Source: Gammaproteobacteria bacterium
Lineage (GTDB): Bacteria; Pseudomonadota; Gammaproteobacteria; Poriferisulfidales; Poriferisulfidaceae
Assembly (NCBI GenBank): GCA_028819565.1
Contig: JAPPLD010000020.1
Span: 32,099 to 96,098 of the forward strand
DNA length: 64,000 bases
Reading direction: 5' to 3'
The notes beneath the pieces are model-generated. The model had not been told where the DNA came from and searched no databases. It saw only the letters and a program-made list of their open reading frames with translations. Position numbers and translations under genes: made by a program. Positions 55,140 through 63,429 of this stretch are shown piece after piece. The number at the start of each line of letters is the position of its first letter. Position 1 is the first letter of the stretch.

Positions 55140-56138
55140 ATGAAAATAAAAAGCTCCTCAAGTTTTGCTCTAATCAGTTACATTTCGCGCTGTTACCACG
55201 ATGGCGACAGGGCGGCTCTGGATGTCCTGAATATCGACCCTGGGCAAGCGCGCCGAATCAGCAGGCTCTCTGCATTTGAAAGCAACACGCTCAGCGGCAT
55301 TGCTGGGCGTTTCACTATCTTCAGGCTGCAGTTCAGCAGCCTGGAGAAATGTTATCGCCTGGTTGTAGAGGATCCCGTTTCCCTTAGCGGTTCCCGGTCC
55401 AAGACCAAGGAGGTCGATCTCTGCTTGCATGTGTTCAATCACATCATTACCCTGTACCGCCGCAGCGAGCAGCAAGCGTTGGCCGAGATCGGACTCGAGC
55501 CGGAGCAGGCGGAATTCATCAGTCTGCGCCCTTGGGTGGAGCTTCAGAAGTTGGCTCGGTATCTCTGGTTTTTCACTACCGTAAAAATCGACAACAAGCT
55601 CTTGGAGCAGTCGATCGATACGGCGATTGCTTCTGCCCGCTGGATCGGCCAGTGCGCGGAACTGATCCGCGCAGGTGCGCCTCGGGACCTGATGACGCGC
55701 TATTACGGCATGAGTTGCGAGTTGTACGCGGCGGCACGCGAGATGCACGGCCGGCAGTGCCGTGGGCGCCCCCGGGTCCTGTCGGAAGACCTGCAATACC
55801 TTCTGTACGAGGAGTTCGTGCGCCGTTACCAGAGCTATGACGAAGGTGTCGATCCGCTGTGCCAGCCGGGCTTTTTCTTGGCGATTTACGAAAGCCTTGA
55901 GCGGAAGGTTTCGCTGCGGGAGATCTGGATTCTGATCCAGGAATGGCTGAATGGGAAGCGAGAACTCCGGCGGCTTGCAGGCGTGCCGGAGAAATGCTCA
56001 GTGCCGGTTCAGGATTCGGGCTTCAATACGCCGAGTACAGCACCACGTTTGCGCAACCGTTCCAAAATCTCCAAGCCGCCATCCACCACGGCCTCGGGGG
56101 TGTCCCGTCCAAGCTCGGCGGCAATCCTTTCGAGGTGA
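55140..56138 (+). CDS. hypothetical protein (low-GC; 3' end uncertain, ORF runs into the convergent DUF2063 gene)
   Basis: Start at MKIKSSSS (Met18 of ORF 55089..56138), after a 350-bp AT-rich region. Protein-like composition until ~55.95 kb, then Pro/Ser/Arg-rich read-through that overlaps the minus-strand gene. Confidence 0.35.
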   Translation: MKIKSSSSFALISYISRCYHDGDRAALDVLNIDPGQARRISRLSAFESNTLSGIAGRFTIFRLQFSSLEKCYRLVVEDPVSLSGSRSKTKEVDLCLHVFNHIITLYRRSEQQALAEIGLEPEQAEFISLRPWVELQKLARYLWFFTTVKIDNKLLEQSIDTAIASARWIGQCAELIRAGAPRDLMTRYYGMSCELYAAAREMHGRQCRGRPRVLSEDLQYLLYEEFVRRYQSYDEGVDPLCQPGFFLAIYESLERKVSLREIWILIQEWLNGKRELRRLAGVPEKCSVPVQDSGFNTPSTAPRLRNRSKISKPPSTTASGVSRPSSAAILSR

Positions 56139-56788
56139 GACCGAGCTGGCGTGGCGGGCTGATCCTTCAGCAGGGCAATCAGCCGGGCGGCCACTGGATT
56201 GAGTTCCATGAACCGGGCCTTTCCGGCGGGATTGCGGAAAACAAACAGGAAGGTCGGGATCTCGGGTTTCTGTTGCGGTTGGAAGTCCTGGTTGATACGG
56301 TGCACCGGGTACGCGTAGACGCAGAGCTCCGAGGCTGACGACAGGATCACGGGATAATCCAGCAGGTCGCCGTCAGGGTCGATCCGTTCCGGATCGTGCG
56401 GGGTGATCTCGTCGCTAAGTCGGATCTTGACGTCAATCCATTCGTGGTGGGCGAGTTCCGCCAGAAAGGGGGGAATATCGGGTTCGGAGACGTGTTCCCG
56501 GGAGAGGTAGTCGACGAATTCCTGCCCGATCTTGTGAAAATACGGGGTGTGGCAGCCGTGCTGCGAGAAAAAGGCGTAGGACAGCTCACGCAGCGCATCC
56601 GGTCCAAGCAGTTGGGCGGTCACGGGGAACGAACGCTCGACGAACCCTTGGATGTTCTTAAAGAAGAGGTCGCGGTAGACGGCCATGCGCCGTTCCTCGA
56701 CATCCTTCGGGCGGGGGTTCTGACGCGGGTCGCGCAGGTGCGCGCAGAATTCTTCCTGGACGCGCTGGAAGTCGGGTTGCGCGGCCAT
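56009..56788 (-). CDS. DUF2063-family protein (BufC/MbnC-like partner of the DUF692 oxidase)
   Basis: ORF 56009..56887. Start placed at Met34, 4 nt after the DUF692 stop. Downstream of a DUF692 gene in the typical two-gene arrangement. Confidence 0.65.
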   Translation of the reverse strand: MAAQPDFQRVQEEFCAHLRDPRQNPRPKDVEERRMAVYRDLFFKNIQGFVERSFPVTAQLLGPDALRELSYAFFSQHGCHTPYFHKIGQEFVDYLSREHVSEPDIPPFLAELAHHEWIDVKIRLSDEITPHDPERIDPDGDLLDYPVILSSASELCVYAYPVHRINQDFQPQQKPEIPTFLFVFRNPAGKARFMELNPVAARLIALLKDQPATPARSHLERIAAELGRDTPEAVVDGGLEILERLRKRGAVLGVLKPES

Positions 56789-56792
56789 TGCG

Positions 56793-57638
56793 TCAGGCGG
56801 AATGGGGGGCCTGGGCCTGATGGTCGCGGATGCGCTGGACTTCTCCAAGCAGTTGATCGATCGGCGGGAAATTGAAGTCGCGCTCAAGCAGGGTCGGCAG
56901 CGGACCGAAGCGTTCGTATGCGTGATCCAGGAGATCCCAGACCGGCTCGATCACGTCGGCGCCGTGCGTATCGATAATCAGGTCCTTGGCCTCGTTGTAG
57001 TGGCCGGCGATGTGGAAGTACGCCACCCGTTCGGCAGGCAACGCGTCCAGGTAGGCGTGCGGGGAATAGCCGTGGTTCACTGAATTGACGTAGACGTTGT
57101 TGACGTCCAGCAGCATCAGGCAATCGGCTTCCTCGAGCACGTCTCGGACGAAGTCGATCTCCTCCATCTGCTTGCCCGGCGCGGCATAGTAGGAGACGTT
57201 CTCGATCAGCATCTGGCGGTTCAGTGTTTGCTGCACCTTGCGGATTCGGTCGGCAACGTAATGCACGGCTTCTTCCGTGAACGGGATCGGCGCGAGGTCG
57301 TAGAGTTGCGCGTGATCCGAACAATAACTCAGGTGTTCGCTGTACAGGCCGATGCCGTAATCGTCCAGAAAGCCGCGGATGCCCTCAAGCAGCTCACGAT
57401 CCAGGGGAGCTGGGCCGCCAAGCGACAGGGACAGACCATGCGTCGTGATGGGATAGCGTTCGGCAAGCTCGTCGAAACTGGATTTCAGGGAACCGCCGAG
57501 GCCAATCCAGTTCTCGGGAGCGACCTCGAAGAAATCGATTGCGCCGTCCTCGAAGCGGAGGAACTCGTTCAGGATGTCGCGGCGCAGGCCCAGGCCGGAA
57601 CTGCGCGGGCGCGGCCTTTCACTCGGTTGGACAGGCAT
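56793..57638 (-). CDS. DUF692-family multinuclear non-heme iron oxidase (MNIO; BufB/MbnB-like)
   Basis: 281 aa. [13 protein letters not shown]...[11 protein letters not shown]...HGLSLSLGG...LYSEHLSYC...MLIENVSYY are the conserved DUF692/UPF0276 TIM-barrel motifs. Confidence 0.75.
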   Translation of the reverse strand: MPVQPSERPRPRSSGLGLRRDILNEFLRFEDGAIDFFEVAPENWIGLGGSLKSSFDELAERYPITTHGLSLSLGGPAPLDRELLEGIRGFLDDYGIGLYSEHLSYCSDHAQLYDLAPIPFTEEAVHYVADRIRKVQQTLNRQMLIENVSYYAAPGKQMEEIDFVRDVLEEADCLMLLDVNNVYVNSVNHGYSPHAYLDALPAERVAYFHIAGHYNEAKDLIIDTHGADVIEPVWDLLDHAYERFGPLPTLLERDFNFPPIDQLLGEVQRIRDHQAQAPHSA

Positions 57639-58239
57639 TTCGGCAGGATCTCGAGATCCAGTAGTCCAGGCTGACGCAGCGTCCCGAACCGATGAAGAAC
57701 AGGGTCAGCAGCATGATGAAGTAAGTGGCCGCGAATTCGATGCCGTTGTTCAGCATGACCAGGCTGCCGTGCTCGGTCAGCCAGGCATAGTCGCCGTCCT
57801 CGCGCAGGATAGATTTGGCAACCTGCAGCCGTTCGACGGCTTCGACGGTACGCTCGGTGGCGAAAAATCCGCTGCCGGTGGCGATGGCGAGCCAGCCGTT
57901 CTTCCAGTGCACGGCAAAGGTGGCGACCAGCATGGTGACCATCAGGGGGATGCTCATCCAGCGCGTGGCGAGCCCGACCAGCAGCAGGAGGCCGCCGAAC
58001 AGTTCGGCCCACCCGGCCAGGGCGGCCATCAGGGCCGGGAACGGCAGCCCCAGGCCGTACTCGAACCACTGCACGGTGCCGGCGTTCGGCAACAGGCTCG
58101 GAAGGTCCAGTTTTCGGGAGCCCGCCTCGATGAAGATCGGGGCCAGGTACAGACGCAGCAGCAGCGGCGGCAGGAAGTCAAGCGGCTGCAGCCGTTCGAG
58201 AGAGTTGTAAGCGCGACAGGCACAACGGATAAGGTTCAT
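57619..58239 (-). CDS. DoxX-family membrane protein
   Basis: 206 aa with four TM helices ([11 protein letters not shown]..., [36 protein letters not shown]). DoxX-type architecture within the DUF692 operon. Confidence 0.6.
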   Translation of the reverse strand: MNLIRCACRAYNSLERLQPLDFLPPLLLRLYLAPIFIEAGSRKLDLPSLLPNAGTVQWFEYGLGLPFPALMAALAGWAELFGGLLLLVGLATRWMSIPLMVTMLVATFAVHWKNGWLAIATGSGFFATERTVEAVERLQVAKSILREDGDYAWLTEHGSLVMLNNGIEFAATYFIMLLTLFFIGSGRCVSLDYWISRSCRNACPTE

Positions 58240-58372
58240 GGTGCAAGTCCTCGTTTACAGTCGAGCGACATCAGGTCGGTGCCGTCCGGGGAATGGTTCC
58301 CGGAGGACCCGGATTCGGTCCGCGCCCCCCGGAGTCCGGTTGCAGGCACTTTGCGTGCCGGCAGCTTGGGCT

Positions 58373-58744
58373 TTACTCGCTCGCCTCGCCCTCGGAGGCG
58401 CCTTCGGCGTCACCGCCGCACTTGCCCTCGCCGCATTTGCCTTCCCCGCACTTGCCTTCACCCTCTTTCTCGGCTTCGCCTTCGGCAGGAGCTTCCCCTT
58501 CAGCCCCTTCTTCGGCCGGGGCTTCGCCTTCAGCGGCTCCATCCTTGGCGTCCTCTCCGCACCGGCCTTCCCCGCACTTGCCCTCGCCGCAGTTGCCTTC
58601 GCCACCATGTGCGTCGGCGACCATGTGGCCCGGGGACAGTTCGGTCAGGCTGAAAGGATTGTCGGCGGCGACGGCGCTGGAGCACGCCAAGGCGCCCGTG
58701 ATGCCCAAGGCCAGCGCGATGGGGCTTAGATCTTTCTGGTTCAT
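58373..58744 (-). CDS. bufferin-like Cys-rich RiPP precursor (Sec signal peptide plus six EG[KR]CG repeats)
   Basis: 123 aa. Signal peptide MNQKDLSPIALALGITGALACSSAVAA. Repeats NCGEGKCGEGRCGED ... EGKCGEGKCGEGKCGGD, separated by an acidic Glu/Ala/Gly-rich spacer. First gene of the DoxX/DUF692/DUF2063 operon. Confidence 0.7.
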   Translation of the reverse strand: MNQKDLSPIALALGITGALACSSAVAADNPFSLTELSPGHMVADAHGGEGNCGEGKCGEGRCGEDAKDGAAEGEAPAEEGAEGEAPAEGEAEKEGEGKCGEGKCGEGKCGGDAEGASEGEASE

Positions 58745-59084
58745 GTGTCGGATACTCCTTGATTAATGGGGACAGAAATGTCCATTCGATTGTAACAGAC
58801 CATGCGGCGGAAAAGTTTTGATTTTGGGGTTCCCTTCGGACAGGGGCGTTTTCTCCGGGCCGGAGCAGATCTCAGAGACGCCGCTCGGGCCACCCACACG
58901 GGTCGGAAATCCCGCTCAGGCCCTTCGGATTGCACGCGGTGCAGGTATGTTGTCCTGCAGGATCGTTCCTGCTACTGTCGGTCGTGTGCGAATATTAGGG
59001 GGCCTCTAGTGTGCGGTCCCCTAATATCATAAGATCGTTTCCGAGGACGATTCTGGAGGCACTGCAATCCGGAGGGGCAAACAG

Positions 59085-59309
59085 GTGAAGACATTGCCCC
59101 GCTGTTCTGCTGTCGAGCAGGATCCCGATAAAGTGAGCGGAGCCTTGGTTTTTCAAGGCACGCGCGTACCCGCCGCGGCACTGTTCGAGAATCTCCGCGA
59201 CGGGGCCACGCTCGAACAGTTTCTGGATTGGTTTTCGGGTGTTGAGCGGTGGCAGGTGGAGAGCGTTGTGGACTACGAAAGCCAAGAGTTGAGGGAACTG
59301 GCTTTTTGA
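59085..59309 (+). CDS. DUF433 domain protein (antitoxin-like, orphan)
   Basis: 74 aa. VSGALVFQGTRVPAAALFENLRDGATLEQFLDWF matches DUF433. No DUF5615/PIN partner follows. Confidence 0.55.
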   Translation: MKTLPRCSAVEQDPDKVSGALVFQGTRVPAAALFENLRDGATLEQFLDWFSGVERWQVESVVDYESQELRELAF

Positions 59310-59400
59310 AAAGACTGCTTAATCAGGGTATGCGGCAGAATGCCATAAACCTTATTTTGCTTCAATTATGATGGTGTGTGTGGGTGCAGAGAGAGCGAAG

Positions 59401-62202
59401 TCATTTGCCACGCTTTTTCTTGCGAGGTTGACGCTTCGTTGCTGCGGTTGCAAGAGGTAAGGACATTTTCTCGTAAAGTCCAAAGAGATACTCAATCCGC
59501 TCGCGCTCGGACAAGAATTCGGCACGGCGATATAGCCGGTCCACCGCGCAATCAAGTGCTTGATGCGCCCGGCGCAGGGTCGGCGGCATCAGGTCCGGAT
59601 CATAGAGGCTGGCCAATGTCGCGTCAGGATGTTCGGCTCGGGCATCCAATACGGCTTGAGCCAAGGGCTCCAATTTGGACAGATCAGCATCCTTGGACGG
59701 TAGAGGGAAGGTGTTGTAGACAAGACCGATGGAGTATCGATAGTCACTTTTCAACCGTCCGCCGATATGACGTAGCCAGGCCATGTGCATGGCGGAAGTC
59801 AGCAGGGCGAAGTCGGCGAGGGTTGCGTTTTGAAGCAGTAAGGCCGAGTCACTTGGGATTACTGGTGGTTCAAGCCAGCCAATTGGCGCATAGTCTCGTC
59901 GTTCAGAGCTAACTCGTGGAATAAGCAGAAATGGTGCCGCAGGCAGCACATTGATATGGTAGAGCGTTGGTGTTTCGGCGAGTTTCCGCGTCGGAGCGCT
60001 CTTGCTGGCTTTTCGGTAGGCACGGACAGCAGCAATCCGTTCCCGCACGTGCGGCAACCGCGCCAGCACATCGGGCGGGGCATCGTGCAGGGCTAGAATC
60101 CAGCGTTGGCCGCCTTGCAGGTATTCACGCGCTCCGACGAACGGCCGAAGGAAGGGTGTGGCGTTTGGCTCGGCGTCCAGAAACGTGGTACGTTCCTCCA
60201 CATCAAAAATGTAATGGCCCCCGTCGATGGGCTTGGAGCCGATGATCAGCCTGGGCATCCCATTGATCGGAGCGCTCTCTTCCCGCACCACCAGGCGCGG
60301 GTCGGAAAGCCCACTGGCATCGAACAGGTAGGGTGACAGCAGACTGTGGGTGCTTTCCTCCGGCTCACCGTTGATGTCGGGGTAGCTGAACAGACGTTTT
60401 TCCGGTCGTGCGGTGTCCTGCCGGTCAAGACCAAGGATGATTACATGCACGTGCGCTTTGCCGCGTGCGTCCGACCCCCACGCAAAAGTCCGATGCGCGA
60501 ACGCGATCTCCAGTTTGTGGCGGTCGAACAGGATCGGCCACAGCTGCGCAACCTGTTCGCCTTGCGTGAGTGAGTTGGTGGCCACGAAGCCGATTCGAGC
60601 AGGACTTTTCCGAAGATATTCTCCTGCTTTGATCAACCATGCAGCCACGTAGTCGAGGGAGCCGCCACTCTTGCCAAGCGCCGCGATCCTGTGCACTTGG
60701 GCACGTTGATCTGTCGTCTGCAATTTCGCACCCGAGAAGGGAGGATTACCGAACATGAAAGAACAACGCTCGGGTTGCAACAGATCCGCCCACTCAATCT
60801 CCAATGCATCTCCATGGAAGATATGCGGGGATTTCTCTAGTGGGATCCGGGTGTAGGTCTGGCCGAACTCCAGGCTCAGTTGGTTGTTCATGATGTGATC
60901 CATCATCCACAACGCAGTTTCCGCGATGCGGGCCGGGAATTCTCCAATCTCAATGCCGTAGAACTGATCGACATCGATCTGGGACAGGTCTGCCGCGAGC
61001 GCGTCCATCTGCCTTTTTCCCTGCAATTTCGGATAAAGCTCCCTCAGGACCTCCATCTCAAGCAATCGCAGTTCCCGATACGCGATGATCAGGAAATTGC
61101 CGCAGCCGCAGGCCGGATCGAAGAAAGCCAGGGAACCGAGTTTTTCCTGGAACCGTTCAAGCCCCGTGCGCCGATCTCGGGATTTGCGTTTCTTCAGGCG
61201 TTCGAACTCGGAACGCACGTCGTCCATGAACAACGGCTCGATGACCTTGAGAATGTTCTTCTCGGTTGTGTAGTGCGCTCCTTGGGTGCGCCGCTCTGCC
61301 GGATCCATGACCGACTGGAACAGGGCGCCGAAGATGGCCGGTGAAATCTCCGACCAGTCGAACCGGGAAGCATCCAGCAATGCCCCGCGCATGGCCGCAT
61401 CGAACGCGGGGATGCGCAACGACCCGTTGAACAGTTCGCCGTTGACGTGGGGGAATCGCGCGAGGTCCTCGTCGAGCGTGTTTTGGCGCCGGTCTTCCGG
61501 CGTGTCCAGCACCTGGAACAGTTGCGACAGCCACAGGCCAAGATCTGCGCCGTCTGTCCCAGTCCGTGTCTCGATGAAGTCGAGAAAAATGTCACGCGGC
61601 TCGAAAATCCCGGTGTCGTCGGCAAACAGGCAGAACACGATTCGCACCAGGAATTGCTCCAAGTCATGCCCTTGGTAGCCTGCATTGTGGAGCGCATCAT
61701 GCAGCCGTCCGACCAGTTCGGCAGCCTTGACGTTGGCGGGATCCTGATCGCGGAAAGTCCGACGCTGGCGACCGCAGATGAATCCGAAATCCTCCACATG
61801 GCCGGGAAGTTCGGCAAGCGGGAAAAAGAGGGCCTGGCGCTCGCTGAGGTCGTGGAGTTCGAAGGTCTGGAAGTCGCTGACCAGGACATAGCGGGGATGA
61901 TCGCGTTCAGGCAGGGCGAGCAGATAGTCGAGTGCCTGGCTGTAGGCTTTCTCGAGATTGCGTCCGGCGCTTTTCTGCTCCACGACCAGCATGCCCGGCC
62001 AGAAAAGGTCGATGAAGCCTGAGTGGTTGTCGATTTTCCCGACATGTGCCTCGTAGGTGGCGACTCGTCGTCGCCGAACACCGAAGATCTCGAAGAATTC
62101 GTTGTAGAAACTCTGCGTCTCACCTTTCTCGTATCGGGCATCCCTCCACTCTTCGGCGAAGGCGGCGGCCCGGACGCGCATCTCGTTCCACGATAGGTGC
62201 AT
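59401..62202 (-). CDS. MmeI-family Type IIL restriction-modification enzyme (single-chain endonuclease, gamma-class N6-adenine MTase and TRD)
   Basis: 933 aa. N-terminus MHLSWNEMRVRAAAFAEEWRDARYEKGETQSFYNEFFEIFGVRRRRV matches the MmeI-family N-terminal nuclease region. MTase motif I FFDPACGCGNF and motif IV FMFGNPPFSG. Confidence 0.7.
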   Translation of the reverse strand: MHLSWNEMRVRAAAFAEEWRDARYEKGETQSFYNEFFEIFGVRRRRVATYEAHVGKIDNHSGFIDLFWPGMLVVEQKSAGRNLEKAYSQALDYLLALPERDHPRYVLVSDFQTFELHDLSERQALFFPLAELPGHVEDFGFICGRQRRTFRDQDPANVKAAELVGRLHDALHNAGYQGHDLEQFLVRIVFCLFADDTGIFEPRDIFLDFIETRTGTDGADLGLWLSQLFQVLDTPEDRRQNTLDEDLARFPHVNGELFNGSLRIPAFDAAMRGALLDASRFDWSEISPAIFGALFQSVMDPAERRTQGAHYTTEKNILKVIEPLFMDDVRSEFERLKKRKSRDRRTGLERFQEKLGSLAFFDPACGCGNFLIIAYRELRLLEMEVLRELYPKLQGKRQMDALAADLSQIDVDQFYGIEIGEFPARIAETALWMMDHIMNNQLSLEFGQTYTRIPLEKSPHIFHGDALEIEWADLLQPERCSFMFGNPPFSGAKLQTTDQRAQVHRIAALGKSGGSLDYVAAWLIKAGEYLRKSPARIGFVATNSLTQGEQVAQLWPILFDRHKLEIAFAHRTFAWGSDARGKAHVHVIILGLDRQDTARPEKRLFSYPDINGEPEESTHSLLSPYLFDASGLSDPRLVVREESAPINGMPRLIIGSKPIDGGHYIFDVEERTTFLDAEPNATPFLRPFVGAREYLQGGQRWILALHDAPPDVLARLPHVRERIAAVRAYRKASKSAPTRKLAETPTLYHINVLPAAPFLLIPRVSSERRDYAPIGWLEPPVIPSDSALLLQNATLADFALLTSAMHMAWLRHIGGRLKSDYRYSIGLVYNTFPLPSKDADLSKLEPLAQAVLDARAEHPDATLASLYDPDLMPPTLRRAHQALDCAVDRLYRRAEFLSERERIEYLFGLYEKMSLPLATAATKRQPRKKKRGK

Positions 62203-62265
62203 CGGTTCGCGTCTCCTTACCGCTCAGTCTGCACCCGCTTGGGTTTGCCAAGGCATGTTTTACGA

Positions 62266-62287
62266 TATTGAGTAAATTTACTCAATA
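62266..62287. promoter_or_regulatory. perfect 22-bp palindrome TATTGAGTAAATTTACTCAATA in the AT-rich region upstream of the MmeI-like gene
   Basis: 11+11 inverted repeat with no mismatch, ~65 bp upstream of the minus-strand start at 62202. The surrounding 130 bp are <30% GC. Confidence 0.5.
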
Positions 62288-62338
62288 TCATAATTATCAT
62301 TTTAATCAATTTCTTATACATTATTCCTAAATGGTAAT

Positions 62339-62977
62339 TTATAATTTTTTTGTGCGTCCAGGCCATTCGCACAGGTCGGAAATCCCGCATTCCGGACACT
62401 TCGGATTGCGTGCGGTGCAGGTATAGCGGCCATGCAGAATCAGCCAGTGGTGGGCATCCTTGAGGAACGCCCGGGGGACCCGCTGCATCAGGCCGTCCTC
62501 TACCTCGCGCACGGTTCGCCCGGGGGCGATGCCGATCCGGTTACTGACCCGGAAGATGTGGGTGTCCACCGCGATCACGGGTTCACCGAATGCGGTGTTG
62601 AGGATCACGTTCGCGGTTTTCCGCCCGACGCCGGGCAACGCCTGCAGGGCCTCGCGGGTCTGCGGGACCTGCCCGCCGTGCTGCTCAATCAATGTGCGGC
62701 AGGTGGCGATGATGTTGGCGGCCTTGCTGTTATGCAGGCCGATCGAGCGGATGTAGGGTTTGAGGCCGGCGACGCCGAGCGCCAGGATGGATTTCGGGGT
62801 GCGTGCGCGGGCAAACAGTTTTCGCGTCGCCTTGTTGACCGCGACGTCCGTGCATTGGGCGGACAGGATGACTGCAACGAGCAATTCGAACGCGTTGCGG
62901 TAACGCAGTTCGGTGGTCGGCTCCGGGCGCAGTTTCTGGAAGCGGCGAAAAATCCGCGCGCACTGGCGCGTGTCCAT
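62339..62977 (-). CDS. nth: endonuclease III (DNA glycosylase/AP lyase)
   Basis: 212 aa. HhH-GPD region LPGVGRKTANVIL with the catalytic Lys. C-terminal CxxxxxxCxxC...C 4Fe-4S cluster loop (CTARNPKCPECGISDLC). Confidence 0.9.
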   Translation of the reverse strand: MDTRQCARIFRRFQKLRPEPTTELRYRNAFELLVAVILSAQCTDVAVNKATRKLFARARTPKSILALGVAGLKPYIRSIGLHNSKAANIIATCRTLIEQHGGQVPQTREALQALPGVGRKTANVILNTAFGEPVIAVDTHIFRVSNRIGIAPGRTVREVEDGLMQRVPRAFLKDAHHWLILHGRYTCTARNPKCPECGISDLCEWPGRTKKL

Positions 62978-63429
62978 CAGCGAGACGGCGCCGTGCGGTC
63001 GAGCGCACGACCGACGGCCTCCCGAATGGCAGCTTGCCGTGCCTCGCTGCTGCCGTCCCGGAACTGGGCGTGCGCTGCTTGCACCTGTCGCTCATGCGCG
63101 TCGCGCAGCACGGTCAGGCGCTGCAGGCGTTGCCGTGCCCGGTTGCGAGCCCGGAGGCGGTAGTCGTGATCGCGGGGCGGATGTTCCGTGTCCGGTCGCA
63201 GGGAGATGCAATCGACCGGGCAGGCTGGAAGGCACAGGGCGCATTCCGTGCACAGGTCCGGGAGTATGCGATGGGTCTTCTGCGCGAGACCGGCGATGGC
63301 ATCGAATGGGCAGGCTTCGATGCACAGGGTGCAGCCCACGCACTGCGCTTGGGTGATCCAGGCAACCTGGCTGGCGCTCACCGGATCTTCATGCCCGGTT
63401 GCGCGCCTTCGTCCAGCGTCAGCAACCAC
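62977..63429 (-). CDS. 4Fe-4S ferredoxin-type protein (RnfB C-terminal-like)
   Basis: Two CxxCxxCxxxCP motifs (CVGCTLCIEACP, CTECALCLPACP). Gene immediately upstream of nth, as in the Pseudomonas-type arrangement. The N-terminal 20 codons may be read-through. Confidence 0.6.
   Translation of the reverse strand: MVADAGRRRATGHEDPVSASQVAWITQAQCVGCTLCIEACPFDAIAGLAQKTHRILPDLCTECALCLPACPVDCISLRPDTEHPPRDHDYRLRARNRARQRLQRLTVLRDAHERQVQAAHAQFRDGSSEARQAAIREAVGRALDRTAPSR

Noticed and set aside
58400-58620. Tandem 15-bp repeats considered as a CRISPR array
   Set aside because: Units are 15 bp, contiguous and in-frame inside a coding gene, with no spacers or cas genes. They are codon-level repeats encoding EGKCG.
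58238-58766. Plus-strand ORFs (163 and 157 aa) antisense to the bufferin-like precursor
   Set aside because: Produced by the repetitive GC-rich coding repeats. The minus-strand frame gives the signal peptide plus CG repeats and heads the operon.
62977-63429. Full 150-aa ferredoxin ORF including the N-terminal MVADAGRRRATGHEDPV segment
   Set aside because: The first ~20 codons look like GC-rich read-through overlapping the metG 3' end. The functional protein probably starts at a downstream codon, so the coordinates are kept but flagged.
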